In this document: piece after piece, positions 1 to 8,049 of the stretch
Layout of the letters: each line of letters starts with the position of its first letter
Numbering within the stretch: the first letter of the stretch is position 1
The notes under the pieces: model-generated
The model's input: only the letters and a program-made list of their open reading frames with translations
The model's database searches: none
What the model was told of the DNA's origin: nothing
Program-made: the position numbers and the translations under genes
Source: Terriglobia bacterium
GTDB lineage: Bacteria; Acidobacteriota; Terriglobia; Terriglobales; Acidobacteriaceae
NCBI GenBank assembly: GCA_020073185.1
Contig: JAIQFT010000011.1
Span: forward strand, 11,765-75,764
Direction: 5' to 3'
DNA length: 64,000 nucleotides

Positions 1-153
1 CCGAGGACTGGCTGGAAAAGTGCAATTTGGCATTGTGCCTCTTCCTGAAGCGGTCAAATGAGGCGGTTCAGTTTCGGGAAATCTCGGCCTAGGTGAGACT
101 GAATAAAGAAGGCCAAAACAGTTGTAAACGCACACCACAAAGGGGGGTGCAGA

Positions 154-672
154 ATGTCGAAAAAGTCGTTATTCCTGGTGGTCGCCGTATGTTTGCTGGC
201 GATCTCACCTGCTTTCGCCGACCAGATGGCCTTTAACTTTACCGGCACTGGTCCGGCTGGCAACTACACGGCGACTGGAACTATGACAGTCACCGCAGTT
301 TATTGGCACACCTATTTGGTCACCGGCTTGACCGGAACCTTCAACGGAGCGCCAAACAGCATGACGTTGCTTAATCCTGGCGGCTTTGCCAGCAATGACA
401 ACCTGGTCTATGACACTGCGCCGGGCCTCGACACGCAAGGCGTCTCGTTCCTGGTCGGTGGAATTCAGTACAATCTCTTCAACTGGGGGAATGGTGGCAC
501 AGTTGCTACCTGCCAGAACTCGAATTGCCTTACCCGCGATGAGAGTGGCAATCCCTCTACGCCAGTAACGTTCAATGTGAACTCAGTCCCCGAACCAGCC
601 AGCTTCGCTCTACTCGGCTCTGGCTTGCTCGGGCTTATCGGTCTAGGCCGGCGGCAACTGAAATCGCGGTAG
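154..672 (+). CDS. PEP-CTERM sorting-domain secreted protein
   Basis: N-terminal signal peptide (MSKKSLFLVVAVCLLAISPAFA). C-terminal VPEP + hydrophobic stretch + basic tail (VPEPASFALLGSGLLGLIGLGRRQLKSR), typical of exosortase substrates. Confidence 0.85.
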   Translation: MSKKSLFLVVAVCLLAISPAFADQMAFNFTGTGPAGNYTATGTMTVTAVYWHTYLVTGLTGTFNGAPNSMTLLNPGGFASNDNLVYDTAPGLDTQGVSFLVGGIQYNLFNWGNGGTVATCQNSNCLTRDESGNPSTPVTFNVNSVPEPASFALLGSGLLGLIGLGRRQLKSR

Positions 673-876
673 CCGTCAACACTGTAACCTCCCCCATCCC
701 CCAATTTTACTCCGAGCGGCGGAGCGGAGCCGCCAACAACATATCGGTCACCGACTCACCGCGAGGATGTCCGTTAATTCGTAGACAGGGTTCTGACAGC
801 AGATTTTGTGAGCAGGAGGTCAGAAAAAAAGACGCTTCGTGGAAAAGTCCAAGTGCGGGGCTTTTCCGCTATGCTT

Positions 877-909
877 GGAAATCCCGCAAAGGCGCGGGAT
901 TCCCTTTTT
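877..909 (+). terminator. Possible intrinsic terminator downstream of the PEP-CTERM gene
   Basis: Hairpin GGAAATCCCGC-aaagg-GCGGGATTCC followed by CTTTTT. It lies ~200 nt after the stop codon, so the assignment is uncertain. Confidence 0.4.
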
Positions 910-1091
910 CCGCGGCCGGCTGCGGACTTTCGTTGCGCGCCGTGGCGAGGGCCACGCTTGCCTGCATGGGGTCGCGGTCGTGCTCGTGCCTCCAACTCCA
1001 GTCGCGAGAAAGGACCCCCAACTCAGAATCCGGGCGCCACTAATGTATTATCGTCCTGTTCGCTTCTCTGCCACCAAGGGATTCTCGCCCG

Positions 1092-2078
1092 ATGCACGCG
1101 CGACCGGAATTGTCAGTGGTTGTCCCCTGTTACAACGAGCAGGAGGTCGTTCGCGAATGCTACCGGCGGCTCTCCGGCATTCTCCAGCAGGCCGGTATTT
1201 CCTACGAACTGATTTTCGTCAATGACGGCTCCCGCGACGAAACTTTGGCCATTTTGTGCGAATTTCACCGCCAGGATTCCAGGGCGAAGATCCTAAATCT
1301 GTCCCGCAACTTCGGACAGCAGTTGGCGATTTCGGCAGGTATCGAATTTGCCCGCGGCGATGCTGTCGCCATCATGGACGCCGATTTGCAGGATCCGCCT
1401 GAGCTACTGCCCAGCCTGTTGGAGCAGCTCCGCGCTGGGTACGACGTGGTGAATTGCACCCGCCGCTCGCGTGAGGGTGAAGGCTGGCTAAAGCTTTGGA
1501 CCGCGCGGGCTTTCTATCGCCTCATCAATCGTCTTTCCGATACGCCCCTTGCGGTCGACACCGGTGATTTTCGCCTGATGAGCAGGAAAGCCGTGCAGGC
1601 GATGATCTCGCTCCGGGAGACGCACAGGTTGGTCCGCGGTTTGACCACCTGGATCGGCTTCCGACAAACACAGTTGCAGTATGATCGCTCCGCCCGCTTG
1701 GCTGGGAAGACAAAATATCCGATGCGCAAGATGCTCAACCTGGCGCTCGATGGAATCGTCTCGTTCTCGACTATGCCGTTGCGTCTTGTCACCCTTGTCG
1801 GCGCCCTGGCGGCGGCCCTGGCCGGGCTTGGCATTGTGTATGCCCTCGTCCTGCGGCTGTTTACCAACGTCTGGGTGGAAGGCTGGACGTTGCTGTTTAC
1901 CGGCATGCTGTTCCTCGGAGGATTGCAGTTGCTCAGCCTCGGCATTGTCGGCGAATACATCGGCCGGATCTATACGGAATGTAAGCGCAGGCCGCTCTTC
2001 CTGGTACAGGAATTTCTCGGCGACGAGGCCGAGGAACCTCAAGCCGTGGTGACGAGCGCTACGGAGTCGGCGCGGTGA
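1092..2078 (+). CDS. Family 2 glycosyltransferase, polyprenyl-phosphate sugar transferase type (GtrB/ArnC/DPM1-like)
   Basis: LSVVVPCYNEQ, VNDGSRDET and DADLQDPP motifs, plus two C-terminal transmembrane helices. Confidence 0.9.
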   Translation: MHARPELSVVVPCYNEQEVVRECYRRLSGILQQAGISYELIFVNDGSRDETLAILCEFHRQDSRAKILNLSRNFGQQLAISAGIEFARGDAVAIMDADLQDPPELLPSLLEQLRAGYDVVNCTRRSREGEGWLKLWTARAFYRLINRLSDTPLAVDTGDFRLMSRKAVQAMISLRETHRLVRGLTTWIGFRQTQLQYDRSARLAGKTKYPMRKMLNLALDGIVSFSTMPLRLVTLVGALAAALAGLGIVYALVLRLFTNVWVEGWTLLFTGMLFLGGLQLLSLGIVGEYIGRIYTECKRRPLFLVQEFLGDEAEEPQAVVTSATESAR

Positions 2079-2227
2079 CGCAGTCCAGCGCTGTTCGCCG
2101 TCATGCGCTGCACGGTCGATTAGCTGAGCCCCAGCGCCGCCGCCAGCTTGCCACAGTTCCAATCCTTGCCTGCATCGCCGAGGCCACCTCTCGCGGACCA
2201 CTGCCCTTGCCCTGCGCCCGGGTACGG

Positions 2228-3253
2228 TTACGCAGTGGGGGGCAAAGAGGATTGTGCCGAGCGGTAGCTGGCGCGAAGTTCGTCCACGATTTCTCGCGCC
2301 GCCTTGCGGGCGACGTCGAACTTGTGAGGCTCGAACGAAATGGCGCCCACCCGCGCGTGCCCGCCGCCGCCGTAGCGTTCGCAGACCTTCGCCAGGTTAA
2401 CCATGTTGTCGGCGCGCGCCCACGGGTTGGAGCCGACCGCCACCTTGGTTCGAAAGCTGCTCTTACTCAGGCCCACGCTGTAGATGCAGGTGGGATGCAG
2501 GTAGTAAGGGATGAACTTGTTGTAGCCCTCGAGGTCCTGATCGGTTACGTCGAAGAAGACGGTGCCGTCCTTGCACTCGGCGCGTTCGCGCAGCAGGTGG
2601 ATGGACTGCTCGTGGCGCTGCAGGAGCGGTGGCAGCAGGTCGCCGACGAAGGGCTGACCAATGATCTGGTCCAGCGGCGTGGAGGAGAGCAGAGGTATTA
2701 CTCGCGGGATGAAGCTGGGGTCCTGCGTCGACTCGATGACCATGGTCAGCTTCATTGCCGGGTGCTGCATTTCGACTGCCGTCCTGGCATCGGAGTAGGA
2801 AGCGCCATCAATGATGTCGGCCCACTCGATGACTTGCGCCACCGGCGCGGGATTGAAGCCGAAGCGCTTTTCGGCGATGCTGGCGATGAACTTGGTGCAG
2901 GATTTGAAATCGGGGTTGTAAAACTTTTTGGTGCTGGCATCGCGCTCGTAGTGAGCGGCGTCGTCGGGGGTGAGGAAGGCGCTGAGGTGGTGGTCGAACC
3001 ACCAGGTGATCTTGGGCGAGGTGGAGTACTTGAAATCCACGATGGCGTTTTCGTCGCCGTCGAAGTGGCGCTCGTCGAACAGCGCGCCGGCGCGGTGCAC
3101 CAGACCGCTGTAGTGGAACTGCACGTCCTCGCGGATGCGCTCCTTGTAGAAGCGGCTGAACAACGCCGCCGAGCAGGCGCCGTCAAAACACTTGTCGTGG
3201 TAAAAGACCCGAACTCTCACTGCAGCCCCTTCTGCCGGAAACGGCAAACCCAA
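2228..3253 (-). CDS. DHH/DHHA1-superfamily phosphoesterase
   Basis: N-terminal FYHDKCFDGACS (DHH motif I-like) and C-terminal GGGGHARVGAI (DHHA1 GGGH motif). The exact start is uncertain. Confidence 0.7.
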   Translation of the reverse strand: MGLPFPAEGAAVRVRVFYHDKCFDGACSAALFSRFYKERIREDVQFHYSGLVHRAGALFDERHFDGDENAIVDFKYSTSPKITWWFDHHLSAFLTPDDAAHYERDASTKKFYNPDFKSCTKFIASIAEKRFGFNPAPVAQVIEWADIIDGASYSDARTAVEMQHPAMKLTMVIESTQDPSFIPRVIPLLSSTPLDQIIGQPFVGDLLPPLLQRHEQSIHLLRERAECKDGTVFFDVTDQDLEGYNKFIPYYLHPTCIYSVGLSKSSFRTKVAVGSNPWARADNMVNLAKVCERYGGGGHARVGAISFEPHKFDVARKAAREIVDELRASYRSAQSSLPPTA

Positions 3254-3456
3254 AAGCGTATAGCAATCTCATCTTCGTACGCTAATGTCAAGGAGCCAAT
3301 GTTGCGGAGAGAATGCCATGGACCACAGTTTGCGATGGCAGAGTATCCGTTACCGAGGAGCAGCCAAACCTGGCCTGACGATTCTGCCGCCCAGAGGCCC
3401 TCCCAATAAACAACTGACGAATTGCCGGCACGGCGGCTGGGCGCACTTCCCCTCGG

Positions 3457-4158
3457 CTAAAATCGCAAAGCCAAAGTGTGCTGGTCACCAGGGATGTCCA
3501 GCGGCTCGGCGCATTGCGGGTCATCGTTCTTTACCGCATTCACCCGCGTGCTGACCGCGTACGCCTTCATCAGCGCCGCGCCATAGGGCTTCATCATGTC
3601 GGAGATTTCCTTCGTGTCCTTAATTCCGGGATCGAGCCAGAGGTCGTAATCGTCGGGCGCAAGGATCACGGGCATGCGGTCATGCACCTGGGCGGCCAGT
3701 TCATTGGGCGTCGTGGTCAAGATGGAGCAGGTTTCGATGGCGTTGCCGTCGGGACCCTTCCAGCGCTCCCAGATGCCGGCAAAAGCGAAGATGGATTCAT
3801 CGCGCAGGGTGAAGCAATACGGCTGCTTAGCCTGCTTTTTCCATTCGTAAAAGCCGTCGCCGGGGATGAGGCAGCGGCGGCGGATGAGGGCGTCGCGGAA
3901 GGCAGGCTTGGTGGCGGCGGTCTCGGAGCGCGCGTTGATCAGCTTGTACCCGATGGAGGCTTCTTTGGCCCAGAAGGGAATCAGGCCCCAGCGCATCAAC
4001 GAGAGCTCACGTACCGGTTTGGTTGCGTTCTGCCGGACGCTGGGTATGAGATCCGTCGGCACTATGTTGTAGCGCGGCGACCACTCGACATCAACCTCGG
4101 CGCCGAAGTATTCTTTCAGCGCCTCACGTCCTTTTCCCAAACGGAACCGTCCGCACAT
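3457..4158 (-). CDS. SOS response-associated peptidase (SRAP/YedK/HMCES family)
   Basis: Begins MCGRF (catalytic Cys2). Family-typical WGLIPFWAK and DGFYEW segments are present. Confidence 0.9.
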   Translation of the reverse strand: MCGRFRLGKGREALKEYFGAEVDVEWSPRYNIVPTDLIPSVRQNATKPVRELSLMRWGLIPFWAKEASIGYKLINARSETAATKPAFRDALIRRRCLIPGDGFYEWKKQAKQPYCFTLRDESIFAFAGIWERWKGPDGNAIETCSILTTTPNELAAQVHDRMPVILAPDDYDLWLDPGIKDTKEISDMMKPYGAALMKAYAVSTRVNAVKNDDPQCAEPLDIPGDQHTLALRF

Positions 4159-4370
4159 ACTTACCTACTCTAATAACACAACGAGCGCGCAGTTCGCAGC
4201 AAGTCGGGTGTCAAACTCCCCGCGGATGTTTGAGACTGCATGGCAGGCGCGTTGCGCCACGAAACGCCGGCCTGACGAACCGGCAGCGGATAGAACCGTT
4301 TTTCGCGGAACATTGTGATCGCCTCACGATTACGTGTGACTGAAGTCACTGATTGCTCGTGCTTCCTGAC

Positions 4371-4742
4371 CTACACTCCTCGCGCCTTGTCACAGACGTG
4401 GCGTGCGTCCCAGGCACTGCATAGCCCCTTCCGATGGTTGTTCTGTTTCAAGCCGCAACCTCCCGCCGGATGCAGGTTGGGGTGTGCGTTGTCCTGCTGG
4501 TATGCATCCTGATGGTTGTCGTGGCACCTGAGGTTGACCTCCTGCCAACGGTCCTGCGGGCGCACCGCATCGCTTGCCTCTCGTCGAATCACTTGGTTGT
4601 GCTGACGCTGCTGTTTATAGTTCGTTTTCCAATCACCCTCTCGTGCTTTGGGTTCGTACTCCTCCGCGAAGAAGCGCTCCAGGTGCTTCCGCCTCGTTTG
4701 TCCATCACTTGTGCGCGGCTCTGCTGAGATTTGCTGCGCCAT
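4371..4742 (-). CDS. Hypothetical His/Gln/Asp-rich small protein (weak call)
   Basis: Only ORF with plausible codon usage in an ~870-bp gap. No recognisable domain or clear SD. Confidence 0.2.
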   Translation of the reverse strand: MAQQISAEPRTSDGQTRRKHLERFFAEEYEPKAREGDWKTNYKQQRQHNQVIRREASDAVRPQDRWQEVNLRCHDNHQDAYQQDNAHPNLHPAGGCGLKQNNHRKGLCSAWDARHVCDKARGV

Positions 4743-5036
4743 CGGTTTTCATGCTGATCGCAATCGGTGCTTCCCATTTTGGCATTTGCTTCGAGAATGG
4801 CGGCTGTTGACGCTGATTGGATTGCCAATTGTTGGTTAGATTAGTAGCTGCTACCCCCAAGCGACAACCGTGTGGCCCATGTTCGATAACACGTCCTGTC
4901 GGGTGATGATCTCGCAACCTTATGATCTGCGCACCTGCATTGTTGTGCGCCGGTGGTGACGCAGTGAGTGGTCGATCCTGAGCAGAGAGCATCCGGGCAA
5001 TGGCCGCATGGTTAGTTAGAGAGTGGAGTTGGCCCA

Positions 5037-5720
5037 ATGCGCGTTTTGATCACGGAAGACGACAAGAAAGTCGCCGCTTTCATTTGTAAGGGACTCGAGC
5101 AGGAATGCTACGCGGTTGATGTGGCTCACGACGGGGCCGAGGGCGCGGCCATGATCGGAGAGTCGGATTACGATATTTTGATTCTGGACTTGGTGTTGCC
5201 CACGCTGTCCGGCCTGCAGGTGCTGGAGAAAGTGCGGCGAGCAAAGCCCAGGTTGCCGGTTTTGGTGCTGACGGCCAGGGACGCGGTGGAGGACCTGGTT
5301 GCCGCGTTGGATGCCGGAGCCGACGATTACCTGGTCAAACCCTTCGTCTTTGCGGAGTTGGCGGCGCGGGTTCGAGCCTTGCTGCGCCGTGGGGACCGCA
5401 GCCTGGCCACGTACCGGATCGCCGATCTGACGCTCGATGTAGCGCATCGGAGGGTGAGCCGGGCGGGCCGCAAGATTGAGCTTTCGAGCAAGGAATTCGC
5501 GTTGCTGGAGTACCTGCTGCGGCACGCGCGGCACATGGTGACGCGCACCAGCATCATCGAACATGTCTGGGACATTCACTTCGACAGCGTCTCCAACGTT
5601 GTCGATGTTTATGTAAAGTACTTGCGCAACAAGATCGACAAGAACTTTTCTCCTCCTCTGATTCGCACCATCCGGGGAGTCGGCTACATGCTGACGGACG
5701 AGGATGATGCCGTCGCTTAA
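5037..5720 (+). CDS. OmpR/PhoB-family response regulator (CusR/CopR-like)
   Basis: Receiver domain (MRVLITEDD...LDLVLP) followed by a winged-helix output domain (LSSKEFALLEYLL...IRTIRGVGY). Confidence 0.92.
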   Translation: MRVLITEDDKKVAAFICKGLEQECYAVDVAHDGAEGAAMIGESDYDILILDLVLPTLSGLQVLEKVRRAKPRLPVLVLTARDAVEDLVAALDAGADDYLVKPFVFAELAARVRALLRRGDRSLATYRIADLTLDVAHRRVSRAGRKIELSSKEFALLEYLLRHARHMVTRTSIIEHVWDIHFDSVSNVVDVYVKYLRNKIDKNFSPPLIRTIRGVGYMLTDEDDAVA

Positions 5721-7158
5721 GCTGCGCACCAAGCTGGCTCTGTTCTACGCTGCGCTGTTCACAATTCTGCTGGCGAGCGCAGGGATCGCCGTGTATCGCA
5801 TTATGGCGATGCATCTCACCGCGGCCGCCGACGACAATCTCGCAGACCATTGCGCGGGGCTTTGGGGTTACATCGAGTTCCGCGATGGCAAGCCGGTGCT
5901 GACCTACGATACCAGCAATCACCAGATCGCATATTTCCTGCGCGAGGCCACGCGCTATTACGAGTTGTATGATGCCGCCAGCGGTGAGTTGCTGCTGCAG
6001 TCGTCCGACTCTTCCCTGATGCACCTGGCGCTGCCGGCAAGCGAGGTCCGGCGTTGGGTGAGCCACCCCGGTATCGACGCGACCGTCGTCGAAGGGATGC
6101 CCTTGCGCTTGCGAAGCGCGCTGTTCCAGGCCAATGGGCGTTTTTATTTGCTGCGCGTCGGAGTGTCATTGGAAGAGAACCTGGAGGACCTGGCCGCGCT
6201 GAAGTACGTGCTTTTTTTGCTGTTGCCGACGATGACGTTGGTGGGCGTTGTCGGCACCTGGTGGATGGCAGGCAAGGTCCTGCGTCCGTTGCAGGATCTA
6301 CAGAATGAGGCGCGCGCCATCAGCATTACTCAACTGCATCGCCGCCTGCCGCACCGCGGCACGCGGGACGAATTGGATGCTCTCGCGGCGACCTTCAACC
6401 AGGTCTTCGCGCTTCTAGAAGATGCGGTCCAGCACATGAAGCAATTCTCCGCCTACATGTCACACGAGTTGCGGACGCCGCTTACCGTGTTGCGAGGAGA
6501 GGCGGAAATTGCACTGATGCAGCCGGGGCCGCCGCAAGAATGGCGCCAGCTGCTGACCAGCCAGTTGGAAGAATTCGACAAGTTGGACCGCCTGATCCGG
6601 CGATTTCTGCTGTTGGCCCGAGCCGAGGCCGGCGAGATCCAGTTCGAGATGGGGCAGTTCGATGTTTGTGCACTCGCCGCCGACCTGGGACAGGAGATCA
6701 AACCGGTCGCCATGAGCCGGGGAGTTTCCTTGAAAGTCGCATGTGATGGGGAGACGCTCCTCGCCGCCGACCGGGGCTGGATCGAACGCGCCATCCTGAA
6801 CCTGCTGGATAACGCCGTTAAGTTCACTCCTGAGGGCGGCCAAGTTCAAATCGCGGCACGGTCGGCCGGTGACCGCGCCATGGTGGAAGTGTCCGACACC
6901 GGCAGGGGCATTGCCGAGGCCGCTCTCCCCCACATCTTCGACTGCTTCTATCGCGCCCCCGATTCGCGGCCCACAGGTCCGGGGGGAGGGGGTCTGGGCC
7001 TGGCTCTGACGACGTGGATTGTTGAGAAGCATGGCGGCGTCATCCAGGTGAGAAGCAGAGTGGGGGAGGGAAGCGTGTTCACAATACTTCTCCCTTTGTT
7101 GCCGCCGGACTCTCCCGAAGCCGCAGCCCAAGCCCACTCGCTTTCGACCGCAGATTAG
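5704..7158 (+). CDS. Sensor histidine kinase (two TM segments, HAMP, HisKA, HATPase_c; CusS-like)
   Basis: H-box SAYMSHELRTPLT, N-box LLDNAVKFT, G-boxes DTGRGI and GGGGLGL. Overlaps the RR gene by 17 nt. Confidence 0.9.
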   Translation: MMPSLKLRTKLALFYAALFTILLASAGIAVYRIMAMHLTAAADDNLADHCAGLWGYIEFRDGKPVLTYDTSNHQIAYFLREATRYYELYDAASGELLLQSSDSSLMHLALPASEVRRWVSHPGIDATVVEGMPLRLRSALFQANGRFYLLRVGVSLEENLEDLAALKYVLFLLLPTMTLVGVVGTWWMAGKVLRPLQDLQNEARAISITQLHRRLPHRGTRDELDALAATFNQVFALLEDAVQHMKQFSAYMSHELRTPLTVLRGEAEIALMQPGPPQEWRQLLTSQLEEFDKLDRLIRRFLLLARAEAGEIQFEMGQFDVCALAADLGQEIKPVAMSRGVSLKVACDGETLLAADRGWIERAILNLLDNAVKFTPEGGQVQIAARSAGDRAMVEVSDTGRGIAEAALPHIFDCFYRAPDSRPTGPGGGGLGLALTTWIVEKHGGVIQVRSRVGEGSVFTILLPLLPPDSPEAAAQAHSLSTAD

Positions 7159-7193
7159 AAGAATCTAATACTCTTCTAACTTCTTTTTAATCC
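7154..7193 (+). promoter_or_regulatory. Putative response-regulator box 1 (ATTAGAAGAAT + three T[CT]TAA[TC] direct repeats at 11-bp phasing)
   Basis: Hexamers at 7164, 7175 and 7186. The same architecture recurs at 7552-7591. The box overlaps the HK stop codon (TAG 7156-7158). Confidence 0.55.
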
Positions 7194-7254
7194 GGCCGTA
7201 GTACAAACACCCAGGTTAACCAGCCGATTTTCAGTCTGAGGGCGGAGCGCGGCC

Positions 7255-7515
7255 ATGGCGGATGACATCCGGGCAATCATTAAGAAGCTCGGGCTCTCTC
7301 CCAATCTGCTCGATATCCTGGTCAATGTGCTGGTGGTTCTCAAGCTTCAGCAACTGAACATTGATCTTCTGTGGGAGGCATACACCTCCGGGAAGCCGCC
7401 CAGCGACGAGGTGACGCAGGTGCGCGAAAGCAATCGCCGCCTGGCGGAAAGCATGGAGCAGATGGTCGGCGTGATGCTCAGCAAGAATCGTGGCGAGAGC
7501 GTGCGCCCCGATTAA
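7255..7515 (+). CDS. Hypothetical 86-aa protein downstream of box 1
   Basis: ORF with genome-like codon usage, positioned 64 nt after box 1. No recognisable domain. Confidence 0.5.
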   Translation: MADDIRAIIKKLGLSPNLLDILVNVLVVLKLQQLNIDLLWEAYTSGKPPSDEVTQVRESNRRLAESMEQMVGVMLSKNRGESVRPD

Positions 7516-7551
7516 CCCAGCCTAACCGGGCACCCCACTCGTCCCCGAAAC

Positions 7552-7591
7552 ATTAGAAGAATTTAATCCCCATCTAATTTCCGTTTAATCC
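7552..7591 (+). promoter_or_regulatory. Putative response-regulator box 2 (second copy)
   Basis: ATTAGAAGAAT followed by TTTAAT (7562), TCTAAT (7573) and TTTAAT (7584). Spacing is identical to box 1. Confidence 0.55.
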
Positions 7592-7770
7592 CGCGATGCG
7601 ATGGTGTGTGGCGTCAGCCGGGGCAAAGCGCTCTGCCTCCCAGGGAAAGAGCGTGAACCCTGGTTTGCGTTTGATGACGGATGCGCTGATTCCCAGGCTC
7701 AGATCAGGCCTTCAAGTCAACCGCAGCACGGCAATTCAGGATTCGCACCAGCCCAGTGAAGGAGGGCGAG

Positions 7771-8049
7771 ATGATTACGCGAACAACTTTCAAACTTATA
7801 CGCCTGGCATTGATTGTGGCTACCCTTTTGCTCGCCATCGAGCCAGGCTTTGCCCAAATGAAACCAGCGCCAGGTGGACTGAATTCGGCGCCACTAGGCC
7901 AGCAAATGACCATTACGGACGCTGCGGGACGGACGCACGTCCGCGCCACACGCATCACGTACGCTCAACGAAAGGCCGCAGCCCAGGCCCGCGTCAAGGC
8001 CCTTCGAGCAGCCGCCCTCAAGAAAGCACAGAGCGGGGTGAAGAAATGA
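7771..8049 (+). CDS. Small secreted protein, translationally coupled to the multicopper oxidase
   Basis: GGAGG SD at 7761-7765 and ATG at 7771. Signal peptide MITRTTFKLIRLALIVATLLLAIEPGFAQ. The stop overlaps the next start (ATGA at 8046-8049). Confidence 0.6.
   Translation: MITRTTFKLIRLALIVATLLLAIEPGFAQMKPAPGGLNSAPLGQQMTITDAAGRTHVRATRITYAQRKAAAQARVKALRAAALKKAQSGVKK

Noticed and set aside
7596-8045. The ORF track extends the multicopper oxidase 150 codons upstream (start 7596).
   Set aside because: The extension is Arg/Pro-rich with no signal peptide. It overlaps a better small ORF (7771-8049) in another frame. An internal ATG at 8046 is followed by a classic signal peptide and forms an ATGA overlap with that ORF.
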